NCBI RefSeq assembly: GCF_009914755.1
Contig: NC_060942.1
DNA length: 64,000 bases
Reading direction: 5' to 3' (one strand)
From: the human T2T-CHM13v2.0 reference genome, Homo sapiens
The translations under genes were made by a program, and so were the position numbers. Each line of letters opens with the position of its first letter. Positions within the stretch are counted from its first letter, which is position 1. Shown in pieces: positions 14,128 through 27,509 of the stretch. The notes under the pieces were generated by a model. It was not told the origin of the DNA. It worked only from the letters and a program-made list of their open reading frames with translations, and searched no databases.

Positions 14128-17100
14128 GGTTGTTTTTCAAGATGGACGACTCAAAGATTTCAGCAAGCCTCGGCCACTTTAAAATAGTAATATATCATGC
14201 AAGATCAATTCTGTAAGCCTTAATTCAAGAAGAAAAATGAGAATCCACTCTAATCGTCAAGGACACCCCAGATCCTGGGGAGGAGAACATGGACAAACAA
14301 CCCCTGTGACGATGTCCAACTGACAAAAATGAGTGATGCCCCAGTATGTGCAGTATGTGAGAGGCGGAGAACCACTCTCTGTGACTCACCTTTCTACTGG
14401 GGATGCAAGCCACCTGAAGGAGAACACTTGTTTCTTCCAAGCCTGGAGCTAACATGGAGAAAGGCTTCACCGTATGGAGAAGGAGAGACACTGGAAAAAG
14501 CTGCAGGCAGTTTCCCAGACCCAAGAGTGACAACAGGATACCATTTCAATCTGGGTGTATACAAGCTCAGTCACTCTGTGGTGACGCAGCAGCATGGCCA
14601 CATAGACATTTTAGTCTCGAGCCAAAGATTGCAGCACTTGCTCTGGAGTGAAACAGGGGCCTCCACAGCCAGAACTGTTGAAAGTCCCTGAGCAGTAGGT
14701 GCCAGAATTTTGCTTTCCCTTCCCACAGGGCTCGGGAATGAGGAGAGCTGCTATAGCTACAGTTTCTCCTGAGTGACAAGACTTGCAGCCAGGGCCAGTT
14801 TATCAAGCTAGAACCAGTCTGCATGTGTCATCAAAGTGTGCCTCATCCTGCTTCCCTGAGATTGTGGTGTGGCAGAGTCCTCTCTGCTCCATGCCCAAGC
14901 ATGTCTCCAGGCATTTGGAGCACCTGCTCACCTGAAGCAGCAGCCTGAGCTAGCCTACCCACCCTCTGTAGAGACTGTGGAAAAGTGGGGCCCTCTCTAT
15001 TATATGCCAAGACAGATCTCCAGAGAGTCAGAGCACCCCTTCATTAGCACCCTGAGCCACCTCACGCTTTCTGTGCAGAGATTGTGGCACAGCAGGGCCC
15101 TCTACGCTGTATGCTCAGACAGAGCTCCAGGCATCTGGAGCACCCATTCTCTTGGATTAGGAGTTTGGGCCACTCCCAATCTTCAAGCAGAGAACTTGGG
15201 GCACAGGAGGTCTCCCAGCTCCATGCCTAGGCACATCTCTGGGAGCTTGGTGGCTACTCACTGGATTCTCCATTGATGCTGGTGCTTGTGCCTGCCCTTG
15301 GGGGACTCATAGGTGAGCCTGCTCAGTCTGGCCCTACTCATGGTGCCCCCTACCCTGCTGGGGCTGAGCAGGAACTCAGACCACTGTGCACTCAATGGAT
15401 CAACTTATTACCTGAGGCAACAGAGATTTTCTTCTGGTAAATAAGAATCAAGTATGTGATCAGCCATATTGGCCTCAGCTGGCTTTTACCTATATGCACC
15501 ATCTATGGGGTTTTAGGTCAAACCTCACAGTTCAATATAAAACCTACTGAAAAAAGTACACAGGGCTACAGAAGCAAAACCAAAAGACCCTACCCAGCAT
15601 TCTCTTCAGCTACACTCCCTGAGTGGGAGGGAATAGAAAGGAGAAAAAAAAGTTAAAATTATAGGGAAACAAATAAAAAGAAAAAAAAATCACACCTGCA
15701 TGAAGATAATTACAAAAATTAGAAGTGCCCGTGTCTCCAGATGAGAAGGAACCAGCACAGGAATTCTGGCACTATGAAAATCTGAACGTAGTGACACCGC
15801 CGAAGATTACTCTAGCTTTCCACTAATGGTTGCTAACAAAAATGCAAACTCAGAATTGACAGATAAAAATTTAAAGCATGATCTTCAAGGAAATTCAACC
15901 AGATCCAAGACAAGGTTGAAAATCAACACAAATAAACTTCTAAATTGATCGAGTAAAAGAAGGAAGTAATAAACATATTTTTAAAAAATTAATCAAAGTT
16001 TCTGGAAAGAAAAAAACTCACTTAAGGAATTTCAGAATACAATTGAAAGCTTTATCAAAAGACTAGGCCAGGCCTGGGGCGGTGGCTCACACCTGTAATC
16101 CCAGCACTTTGGGAGGCCAAGGCGGGCGGATCACGAGGTCAGGAGATCGAGACCATCCTGGCTAACACGGTGAAACCCCGTCTCTACTAAAAATACAAAA
16201 AATTAGCCGGGTGAGGTGGCGGGCGCCTGTAGTCCCAGCTACTCGGGAGGCTGAGGCAGGAGAATGGTGTGAACCCCAGGGGCCGGAGCCTGCAGTGAGC
16301 CGAGATCGCACCACTGCACTCTAACCTGGAGGACAGCGAGACTTTGTCTCAAAAAAAAAAAAAAGACTAGGCCAAACAAAGAACAAATTTTAGGGCAGGA
16401 AGACTGGTCTTTCAAACTAACCCAGTCAGAAGAAAAATGAAGAAAAAGGGAATTTGAAAAAATGAACAGTCTTCAAGAAATATGAGATTATGTCAAGCCA
16501 CCAAACCTATGAATTATAGGCATTCCTAAGAGAGGAGGAAGAGTAAACATCCTAAAAAGTTTATATTTGAGGGAATAAAGAAAATTTTCCTAATCTTGCT
16601 AGAGACATTGACACTAGGTACAAGAAATTCAGAGACCACTTGCTATCAACTGTACAAAAAGAGCATCACCAAGGCATACAGTCACCAGACTGTTCAGTGT
16701 CAATGCTAAATATAAAATCTTAACACCTAGAGTAAAAGGTCAGATCACGTACAAGGGGAAGCATTCCAAGCTAACAACAGACTTCTCAGCAGAAACCTTA
16801 ATAGCCAGGAGAGATTGGGGGGCTTTTTTCAGCATTATTAAAGAAAATAAATTTCAACCAATAATTTCATATCCCATGAAACTAATCCTCATGAACAAAG
16901 AGGAAATAAAATCTTTTCCAGGCAAGCAAGTGCTAAGGAAATTTGTTACCACTAGGTCAGCCTTACAAGAGATATTTAACGCAGTTCTAAACATGGAAAC
17001 AAAAGAAAGATTCCTGCTACCACAAAAACACACTTAAATGCATAGCCCAAAGACCCTATAGAGAGCTACACAGTAGAAACTACAAAGCAACCAGCTAACC

Positions 17101-20100
17101 AGCTAATAGGGTCAAAACCACACATATCAACATTATCTATGAATGTAAACAACTAAATGCTCCACTTAAAAGGCATGGAGTTGTAAGTCATATAAAAAAC
17201 TAAAACCCACCTATCTTTTATCTTCAAGACACCCATTTCATATGTAGTAGCATCCATCAGTTCAATGTAAAGAATTGGAGAAAGATCTATCAAGCAAATG
17301 TAAAACAAAAAGGAGCAGAGATCACTATTTTTCTATCAGATAAAGCAAACTTTAAACCAAGGATGGTAAAAAAAGGACAAAGAAGGGCATAATGTGATGA
17401 TAAAGAGTTCAATACAAGAAGACTTAACTCCCCTATATATATGTACCCAACAATAAAGCACCCAGATTCATAAAAGTTACTTATAGACCTATGTAAAGAC
17501 TTATACATAAAGTAATAGTGGAGGACTTCATTACTCCACTGACAGTGTTAGACAGATGATTAAGGCAGAAAACTAACGAAAATATTCTGGACTTAAATTC
17601 AACACTAGATCAGTTGGACTTAATAGACATCTACAGAATACTCCACCCATCAACCGCAGAATACACATTCTTCTTATCTGTACACAGAACATACTCCAAG
17701 ATTGCCCACATGCTTAATCATAAACCAAGTTTCAATAAATTTTTAAAAGTCAAAATTATGTCAACCTTACTTTAGGATGATAGTGGAATAAAAATAGAAA
17801 TCAATAACAAGATTTCCCCAAACCACGCAGTTACATGGAAATTAAACAACTTGCTCCTGAATGACTTTTCAATAAACAATAAAATTAAGGCATAAAGTAA
17901 AAACAAACAAACACACACACACACAAAAGTTGACATTAATAAAGACAGAGGCACAACAAACAAGCATCACTGGGCTACAGCAAAAGCAACAGTAAGAGTA
18001 ATTTACAGCACCAAATTTCTACCTCAAGAAGTTGGGAAAAACTCAAATGAACCATTTAACATCACACCTGGAGGAACTATAAAAACAAGAACAAACTAAC
18101 CTCAAAGCTAACAGAAGAAAATGGATAACTAAAATCAGAGCAGAACTGAACAGAACTGAGATCCAAAAAGCCATACAAAGAGATCAAAAGTTGTTTCTTT
18201 TAACGAGTAAGCAAGATCAATAGACTGCTAGCTAGATTAACAAAGAAGAAAAATCCAAATAAGCATAATCAGAAATGACTAATGTGACATTAAAATTGAT
18301 CCTACAGAATCACAAATGATGCTCAGAGTCTATTATAAACACTTCTATGCCTGCAAACTAGAAAAATCTAGAGGAAATGGGTGAATTCCTAGACACACAC
18401 AACCTCCCAAAATTGAAACAGGAAGAAATTGAAACCCTGAATAGACCCATAAAAAGTTGAAAAATTTAATCAGTAATAAAAATCCCATTAACCCCACATA
18501 AAAGCTTTGGACCAGATGGATTTACAGCCAAATTCTATTGGACATATAAAAGAGAGCTGGAACCAATTCTACTAAAACTATCCCCCAAAAAAATTAAGAA
18601 GGGACTCCTCTATAACTCATTCTATGAAGCCAGCATCACCCCATACCAAAACCTACCAAAGACACAATGAATTTAAAAAACAACAACAACAAAAAAAAAA
18701 CAACTAGAGGCCAATATCCCTGATGAACACAGACACAAAAATCCTCAATAAAATACTCGCAAACCAAGTCCAGCAGCACATCAAAAAGTTAATTTACCAC
18801 AATCTAGTTGGCTTTATTCCAGGGATGCAAGCTTGTTCAACATATGCAAATCAACTGACAGTGTTAGACAAATCATCAAGGCAGAAAACTAACAAAGAAA
18901 TTCTGGACTTAAATTCAACACTAGACTAACTGGACTTGATAGTCATCTACAGAATACTCTGCCCATCAACCACAGAATATACATTCTTTTTATCTGTACA
19001 CAGAACATACTCCAAACCTACAGAATAAGAGAAAATACGTAAATCAACAAGTGTTATTCACCACATAAACAGAATTAAAAGCAAAAATCATATGATCATT
19101 TCAATAGACAGAAAAAACTCCATTAACAACATAAAACATGCCTTCATGATAAAATCCCTCAACAAATTAGGCATCAAAGGAACTAACTTTATATGAGAGC
19201 TATCAATGACACATCCACAGACAACATCATACAGAATGGGCAAACACTAGAATCATTTCCCTTGCGAACTGAACACGACAAGGATGCTCACTCTCATCGC
19301 ACCTATTCAACATAGTACCGGAAGTCCTTGCCAGAGCAAACAGGCAAGAGAAAGAAGTAAAGTCCATTCAAATAAGAAAAGAAAAAGTCAAGCTACCTGT
19401 CTTCACTGATAATATGAATCTATATCTAGAAAACCCTGAAGATTGAACCAAGAGGCTCCTGGAACTGATAAATGATTTCAATAAAATTTCAGAATACACA
19501 ATCAATGTATAAAAATTAGTAACATTTCTATACCCCAATAACATTCTAGCCAAGAGCCAAATTCAGAACATAATTCCATTTACACTAGCCACAAAAGAAA
19601 TACCTAGGAATACATCTCGCCAAGGAGGTGAAATATTTCTGCAAGAAAAACTACAAAACATTGCTGAAAGAAATTAAAGTTCACACAAATTGAAAAATAT
19701 TCAAGCTTGCAAATGAAATAATAACTATAATTAAAGTGGCCATAGTGCCCAAAGTAATTTACAGATTCAATGCTATTCCTAACAAGGTGCCAATATCCTT
19801 ATTAACAGAATTAGAAAAAAAAAATTATTCTAAATTCATATGGAACACAAAAGAGTTAGAATATACAAAGCAATACTAAGTTAAAAAGAACAAAGCTAGA
19901 GGCATCAAATTGCTCTACTATAATATAAGGCTACAGTAACCAACAACATGGTACTGGTAGGAAACAAACATATAGATCAATGGAACACAGTAGAAAACCC
20001 AGGAATAAAGCCACACACTTACAACCATCTGATCTTTGACAAAGCTAACAAAAATAACCAATGGGGAAAAGACTCTCTGTTCAAAAAATGGTGCTGGGAT

Positions 20101-21295
20101 AGCTGTAGAGGAATGAAACTGGACCTTTACCCTTCACCATATACGAAAATTAACTCAAGATGGATTAAAGCTTTAAATATAAGAACTCAAACTATCAGAA
20201 TCCTGGAAAGAAACTAGGAAACACCATTCTGGACATTAGCTTTGGAAAAGAATTTATTACAGAGTCCACAAAAGCAATTGCAACAAAAACAAAAAATGAC
20301 AAGTGAGACCTAATTAAACTAAAAAGCTTCAGCAAAACAAAATAAACCATCATTAGAGTAAACAAATAACCTACTAAATGAGAGAAAATGTTCACAAACT
20401 ATGCATCTGACAAAGGTCTAGTATCCAAAATCTATAAGGAACTTAAGCAGTTCAACAAGCAAACATAAATAAATAACCTCATTAAAAAGTAGGCAAAAGA
20501 CACAAACAGACAATTCTGAAAAGAAGACACACAAACAGCCAAAAACATGAAAAAATGCTCAACATCACTAATCATTAAATAAATGCATATTAAAACCACA
20601 ATGAAATACCATTTCACACAGTCAGAATAGCCACAATTAAAAAGCCAAAAACTTAGATACTGCTAGGGGTGTGGAGAAAAGAGAATGCTTATACACTGGT
20701 GGTTGGTATGTAAATTAGTTCAGCCACTTTGGAAAGCAGTTTGGTTATTTCTCAAATAACTTAAAGCAGAACTACTATTCAACCCAACAATCCCTTACTT
20801 GTTGTGTATAAAAATAAAATTAATTTTTCTACTAAAAAGACACTTATACTCATATGTTCATTGTAGAACTATTCCCAAGAGCAAAGACATGAAATTAACC
20901 CAAGTGCCCATAAATGGTGGATTGCATAAAGAAAATTTGAGGACCACATACACCATGGAATACTATGCAGCCCTAAAAAAATAACAAACATGAATGCTGC
21001 TGGAAGCCATTATCTCAAGTGAATTAACGCAGGAACAAAAACTCAAATACTGCACATTTTCACTTCTAAGTGGGAGGGTACTCATGGGTATAAGGATGGG
21101 AACAACAGACACCTGGGGACTGCTATAGGGAAGAAGGAAGCAGGGGGCATTGTTGAATAGCTATTGAGTATATACTCATTACCTGGGTATACCTGGAATA
21201 CAACAGCATTCAAATTCCAAACCTTAGCATCACACAATTTAACAAACTTGCCCATGTACATCCTGAGTCTGAAATAAAGTTGAATTTTTTAAAAC
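14128..21295 (+). mobile_element. Full-length decayed L1 (L1PA15/16-like): 5' UTR, ORF1, ORF2, 3' UTR
   Basis: Starts with 'caagatgg' and a GC-richer 5' UTR. ORF2 peptide remnants at 18723 ([14 protein letters not shown]...VGFIPGMQ) and 19948 ([24 protein letters not shown]). 3' UTR 'ccaaaccttagcatcacacaat...aataaagttgaa'. Many stops and frameshifts. Confidence 0.93.
16071..16360 (+). mobile_element. AluY (Ye-like) inserted in L1 ORF1
   Basis: AluY diagnostics plus 'gaaccccaggggccggagcctgcag'; perfect 14-bp TSD aaaagactaggcca at 16057-16070 and 16361-16374. Confidence 0.95.
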
Positions 21296-22769
21296 AATAA
21301 ATAAATATGAACTTTAAAATATAAGCTCCATCAAGTCCAGGACAATATTGTAAATGATGATACAAGCAATTTGGTCCACCCCTAAGGAACTGAGGTTCCT
21401 GGAAATTTACCATATCAGTGCTGCCATTTTTACATTATTAATGGATGAAAGATATATGTGTTTTACAGTTTTTAAGATTAGTAAACACAAACTAGTCGAA
21501 AGAAGCCAAATAGGACCCTAAGATGGAGGCCTAATAATTTATTATTGAAATTCTTGTAAACTTGCCCTTATTTGATGAGAGGAATGCGCAAGAGTATTGT
21601 TGTGGTTTAGAATAACTCTTTGGTAAAGCTTTTCCAGGCAATTTTCTGCTAAAGCTTTGACAAAATTTCTAAAAACACTATCATAATAAGCAGTTGTCAT
21701 TCTTTGGCACTCCAGAATGTCACCAAGCAAAATGCCTTGAGCATCTTGAAACTTGCCATGACTTATGCTTTAGACTGGTCTGCTTTTGCTTTGCCTGGAC
21801 CACATGTGGCTCTTGATGGCTCTTGATATCCACTGCTGCAGCTGTGCTTTGTTTTCTGGATTGTACTGGTAAAATCACATTGTACCTGCTGTTACAATTC
21901 TTTAAAGAAATGCTTCAGGGGTCTTGACCCCTCTTGTTTAAAATTTTCCTTGAAACTTCTGCTGTTATCTGAAGCTGATATGAGCACAATAGTTTTTGGC
22001 ACACATTGAGTGGAAATTACTTAACTTTAATTTTTCAATTAGTTTTTTTTTTTTGTTTTTTTTTTTTTAAGACAGAGTCTCACTCTGTTGCCAGGCTGGA
22101 GGTGCAGTGGCATGATCTTGGCTCACTGCAACCTCCACCTCCCTGCTTCCTGGGTTCAAATAATTCTCCTGCCTCAGCCTCCCGAGTAGCTGGGACTAAA
22201 GGTGTGTGCCACCACATCCAGCTACTTTTGGTATTTTTTAGTAGAGACAGGGTTTCACTAAGTTGGCCAGGACGGTCTAGTTCTCTTGACCTCATGATCC
22301 ACCCACCTCGGCCTCCCAAAGTGCTGGGATTATGGGCATGAGCCACTGCACTGCTGGCGAAACTGAGATGTCTGTGGTGGTAGTGATTGTTTCTTTTGTT
22401 AATCATTGGTCTTCTTTAAGGAGGGCATAAAGAAGATGAATTTTTTTTCCTTGCTAGTTAATGTGAGATAGTCTGCCGCTGCAGGCTTTATCCTTAACCT
22501 TAGCTCATCCCTTCTTAGAATGAGTTTTCTACTTGAAAACATTTGATTTCTTTGGGGCATTATCTCCATGAACTTTTCATAAAGTGAAATCAAAGATTTC
22601 ACTATTCTTCCACCCAAGCTTCACCATAAGTTTGCTGTTTGCTCTTGTTTTTGATTTTAGAATTCATCTTGCTCTTATAGGGTCAACAGATATCCTTCTT
22701 ACTTCCACAAACTATATTCCGCTCAGATTTGAAATTGATTCACAGTTTTTCATAATACACATTTTTATG
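21296..22769 (-). mobile_element. HSMAR2 mariner DNA transposon body (dead transposase), interrupted by an Alu
   Basis: Minus ORF 21542-21730 (…AYYDSVFRNFVKALAENCLEKLYQRVILNHNNTLAHSSHQIR…) is a decayed mariner HDNA-motif region. Ends at 'gtttttcataatacacatttttatgg', the inner part of the second terminus. Confidence 0.88.
22043..22353 (-). mobile_element. AluSc-like element inside HSMAR2
   Basis: Poly-T followed by reverse Alu with Sc-type 'ctgttgccaggctgg' and 'ctcttgacctcatgatcc'. Confidence 0.92.
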
Positions 22770-22865
22770 GAGGGAAATGGTCTTGATAGTCAGGATGAGG
22801 AAACTGCTTAGTGAATTGTTTACTGACCAGAAGATCTGACAGACAATAATAATAACAACCTTGGA

Positions 22866-23812
22866 ACCAAATTTTGGCATCAGGATGATGCTGGCCTTAT
22901 AAAAAGAGTTAGGAAGGAGTCCCTCCTCCTCAATTTTTGGAAGTTTCAGGAGGTGCAGTACCAGCTCTTCTTTGTATATTTGGTAGAATTCAGCTGTGAA
23001 TCCATCTGTTCTTTTATTGTTGTTGTTAGGTTATTATTGCCTCAATTCAGAACTAGTTATCAATCTGTTCAGGGATTCAACTTCTTCCTGGTTCAGTCTT
23101 GGGAGGGTGTATATGTCCAAGAACATATCCATTTCTTCTAGATTTTCTGGTTTATGTGCATAGAGGTGCTCATAGTATTCCCTGACAGTTGTTTGTATTT
23201 CTGTGGGGTCAGTAGTAATATCTCCCTTGTCGTTTCTGTGTTTAGTTGAATCTTCTCTTTTTTCTTCTTAGTCTAGCTATCAATCTATCTATTTTATTAA
23301 TTTTTTCAATAAACCAGCTCCTGAATTTGTTGATCTTTTAATGGTTTTTTTGTATCGCTATCTTCTTCAGTTCAGCTCTACTTTTGGTTAGTTCTTGTCT
23401 TCTGCTAGCTTTGGGATTTGTTTGCTCTTGCTTCTCTAATTATTTAGTTGTGATGTTAGGTTGCTAATGACATTGTTCTAACTTTATGATGTGGACATTT
23501 AGTGCTATAAATTTCTCTCTTAATACTGCCTTAGCTGTGTACCCAGAGATGGTGATACAGTGTATTTTTGTTTTTATTAGTTTCAAAGAATTTGATTTCT
23601 GCCTTATGATTTACCAAAAAGTCACTCAGGGGCAATTACGACTTCCATGTAATTGTATAGTTTTGAGGGAATTTCTTAGTCTTGATTTTGAATTTGATTG
23701 TGCCGTGGTCAGAGAGACTTATTATTTCAATTCTTTCAAATTTGGTGAGGAGTGTTTTACTTCCGATTATGTGATCAATTTTAGATTAGGTGCCATGTGG
23801 TGAGAAGAAGAG
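22866..23812 (-). mobile_element. Internal L1PA ORF2 fragment with no 3' UTR or poly-A
   Basis: 'ttttggcatcaggatgatgctggcct...ttggtagaattcagctgtgaatccatctg'. Confidence 0.88.
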
Positions 23813-25029
23813 CTTGACATTTGGAAGATTGTTATAAACAAAGGAAATAAAGCCATTCATTTTCTCACAGTGTGCCTTGAAATCTGCTATTACATTCTTC
23901 CTTAACTTCTATAAAACCAGCCTGACTGATGAGAAAGAGATCTCTATCTGAAATATGCTTCTGATTTATATAAAATAACTTTACAACTTTATACTTAGTA
24001 TCTCAAATTTAAATCTCATCATCACCTAAAATTTTAGTCCAGATTTTTAAAGTAGAGAATTTCATTATTTAATAATTATTCAATTGAATTTTTCATCCTG
24101 TGATTATGTAGGACTGTATTCCTTCCATAGAGTAATACAGTTCATTCATGTTGTTTCCTTCTAAACTATGGTTCTAAAGATTTTTTCTTCCAATTTTCAG
24201 TTAAGCAATTTTATTTGAATTATGTAATTTCTTTTCTGTCTTTAAGCATAGGAATTCACAATAATACATGTGTTCTTAATTGGCAGCCTGCAGTTTAATT
24301 GTATCAATATAATAAACCATTCCCCAAGGTGTTTTATTGTTTATATTTGTTCTAAAATATGTATGAACTTTCAAAGTTAATATTTGGATTAAACTTAACT
24401 GATAATTAAATGATCAAAATCAGTAATAATACATGCAATAACATAAACTACTTTGTTCCCTAACTGCAAGGAGATTATGAGACTAATTCAAGCTGCGTAG
24501 ATTTTATGAACTATTCAGTATTTTCCTCAAAGCATTATAGCTTCTTTTATAACACATTGTTAACTGATGGAAAAAGCATTATGAAGTCAAGATTTTATAT
24601 ATCTGTTATAAAATAGTTAAAATTTATAATCATCAGTAATGAAGAGTTGTAATTCCTATCTTCTAAGAATTAGTTTATCTCCTAAGTAAATTATTGTGGA
24701 AAGTGTAATTTTTCAAACATTAAATTATATGACCACATCTACTACTTCTTTTAGGTACATCTGAGAGTAGGGGAATTTTCATTTAATCCTCTGCTTGGAG
24801 ATCTATTTCAAATAGCACAGAATGTGGTAATATAAGGCTCTTTCACTTTTATCACTGAACAAGGTAGTGGGAAAAAAAATGAGTTCTTGAAATGCAAAAT
24901 AATTTTGAAAAAGCTGTTACACAAAATGAGAACATAAACTTAACACTTTGAAGCAAGAACTACAAGGTTAAACATAAAATATTTGAAGCCACATACGTAT
25001 TTTAGAAGCACTTAGTGAGGGAAAGACAT

Positions 25030-25255
25030 TAATATTTACTGAAAGACAATAATATGTCAAGTACTGTGCAAAGAGATACCATCTCAATCATCAGGTTTAA
25101 TTCACATAAACATCCTTCAAAGTAGGTACAATATTCTAATATTGTTAAAAATAAGGCTAAGAAGTTTAAGTAATTTGCCTAGGGCCACAAAGAGAATAGT
25201 GGTAGACCCAGATATTAACACAGGTATGTCTGTATCCAACATTCATAATCTTTGC
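25030..25255 (-). mobile_element. MIR
   Basis: MIR core-like 'taagtaatttgcctagggccaca'. Confidence 0.6.
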
Positions 25256-25265
25256 ATCATACAGA

Positions 25266-25476
25266 AAGCATTGGTTAAGAGTATCATTCTGCAACTGGAA
25301 ATTTCCTGGGTTCAAAACTTGAATACGCCAATTAGTTTTACAACCTCAGGACAAACACTTAACAGTCTCTGCCTCAGTTTCTACAACTTTCATTTGGATA
25401 GAATGTATGCATATTAAATGAATACATTAATTTGGCAGGATGACATACACGTAGTAAATGCTCAATGAATGTTAAT
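25266..25476 (+). mobile_element. MIR
   Basis: 'ggttaagag...cctgggttcaaa...cttaacagtctctgcctcagttt...gtaaatgctcaatgaatgtt'. Confidence 0.7.
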
Positions 25477-25737
25477 CACATTTCCTCCTACTCAATGTCT
25501 AATAGTTAATTATTGGCAGACCAGGGAAGAATTCTGGTTTCTTCACTCTCAGTCCAGCAGTTGCTTCAGTCTCCTAGATACTATTCTGTGAAAGAAAGTA
25601 AATTGATTTTTCAAAATTATTTTACAACCACGTGTTACCTATATGACCCTCTTTTGGGATGTTACCTTACTTACCTAAATTTGGCGATGTAGAGTAATGC
25701 TAGAAGTGGTAGAACACTCACAAAAATAACCATAAGT

Positions 25738-26220
25738 TGTAATAAGTTAGTTTGCCACAATTCCATGGATGCTGGTAAAAGACAAGAGGTTCCTATGTTG
25801 AAGATAAAGAATGGTATTACTCAAGGTCTAGCAGGCAGTGGGAGCATTGTCCTATTGATACTTGATTTCCCTGTTATTGGAGGAAATGTGAAGAATCTAG
25901 ATGGGTGATACACAAGGAGTGGCAGTTTCACAGCTGAGGAACTGAAGCTTAGGGAATCTGCATTTTATAGCAAGGAGTAAGACAAAATGATCTTTGCCAG
26001 GAAGACAACTAGGTACAAGCGTCAATGATGAGTCTATTTCTATACAGTTAGTTTTAAATTTACAGCAGCATAAAATGATCTTTAGAACTGTGCCACTCTT
26101 TGTGTGATACTCGCCACTCCTGTGTTCTGGATTAAAGAATACTGAAGACCTTGTCATTCAGGCATAGGAACCAAGGTGTGTAGAAGGACAGAAAGCTCTT
26201 GTGGATGGTCTCCTAAAGCA
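25738..26220 (-). mobile_element. Old ERVL-class LTR (LTR40-like, tentative)
   Basis: 'gatgctggtaaaagacaagagg...tattactca...agcaggcag' recalls old ERVL LTRs. Confidence 0.35.
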
Positions 26221-26599
26221 GGTTCTAACACATACCGAGTTGTGAAACCTCAGTACTGGACCTCAGCATTCTGCTTGGTACCCATTGCTTAGCTATTTCA
26301 AGAAAATATTTAATTGGAATTACTTCAATTACTGTCTTTGTATGAAATAAAATATTATTTAATAATCAATACAAATTATAAAGATACAATGGTATCACTG
26401 AATTTATTGAAAAGGAACTTCATTAAACCATTTTAAAAATTCATGCTTTTTTATAGACATTTGTGAGATGCAAAGTTATTTACATTTTATACTTATATAT
26501 TCTCCTCAATGATAAGAACATTCTATGTTAGAATGTTGTTGCAAAAATCAAAATGTGCATCCTCATATGCCTGCTCATTATCAAGTATAATATACCTTG

Positions 26600-26677
26600 A
26601 AAATGTATGCTTTTAAACATTCATAATGTATAATTTTAAACATCTTTTACAAAACATGTTTGAATCATCCATGCTGT
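26600..26677 (+). repeat. 78-bp direct repeat, copy 1
   Basis: Matches 27510-27587 with 2 mismatches. Confidence 0.97.
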
Positions 26678-26879
26678 GACGGAGCTTACCTTCCATTGAT
26701 GGAAAAAAAACACCACAAATAAGAATACAAGATGGCAACTCAAGAGAGTGCAGCTTTCTCTGAAAATATCCAAGCAATCAGATGTAAAATGGGTGAATTG
26801 GTTGAAAGACTATGTTGGAGGGGGATGGCTGGAAGGAGCTGCACTGAGGAACCCTTACTTTCGTGCTAATTTACTAATA

Positions 26880-27030
26880 TACTTAATAAATAATTATTGA
26901 GTGCTAATTTTATATTGGGTAATGGTTTAATTCCTGTTAATACAGTGGTATATCAAATAAGTAAAGTTCCTTAACTTGTGAAATTTAAATTCCAGTGTAA
27001 GAAGCAATTAAGTAATTATAATAAATAAAT
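26880..27030 (-). mobile_element. L2 3' end fragment
   Basis: 'aataaataattattgagtgct...aatacagtgg...aaattccagtg'. Confidence 0.5.
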
Positions 27031-27509
27031 GTTCATTTTTACTTAAAATGCAGTTGTTTCTGGAGAACAGTATGTCACTTATTATAAGCAGAAAAATACA
27101 GATAAATTCCAAATGTCATAGTATATGGTCTCTAAGAGCTATAAAAACAATAAAGCTTATGAAATATAATCCCAGTCAGTGTTGGAATTTTTAAGAAGGT
27201 GACAATTTCCAACCATTTTTCTCTCATGAGGGAATTTGCTGATTTTGGCTCAATTTTGAAATTAGAATTGTCTAGTCATGGAGCCTCTGTTGGGGAAGAG
27301 AAACATGTAAATACGTTGCCAGTTGGGTGGGACCAATATAACAAATCAGAAAGTTCAATGGACTAATAACTTGGTTTCTTTGCTTTAAAGAGTATTAGCT
27401 GATTAACTCAAGGTAGGATACAAAGGAAAACTCCCTTCAAGGTTTTGGTCTTAAGAAAGCAAAGACATTCTAGGGAAGATTTGATTCAAAAAGACCGAGT
27501 AAGGTCTTT

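Noticed and set aside
14225-15276. Cluster of 65-135 aa ORFs
   Set aside because: They fall in the 5' UTR of the decayed L1.
21542-21730. Domesticated or functional mariner transposase
   Set aside because: The catalytic-region motif is mutated (HNN instead of HDN), the frame is broken, and an Alu interrupts it.
25030-25476. Divergent MIR pair as a functional hairpin
   Set aside because: The copies are too diverged to pair well, and adjacent MIRs are common.
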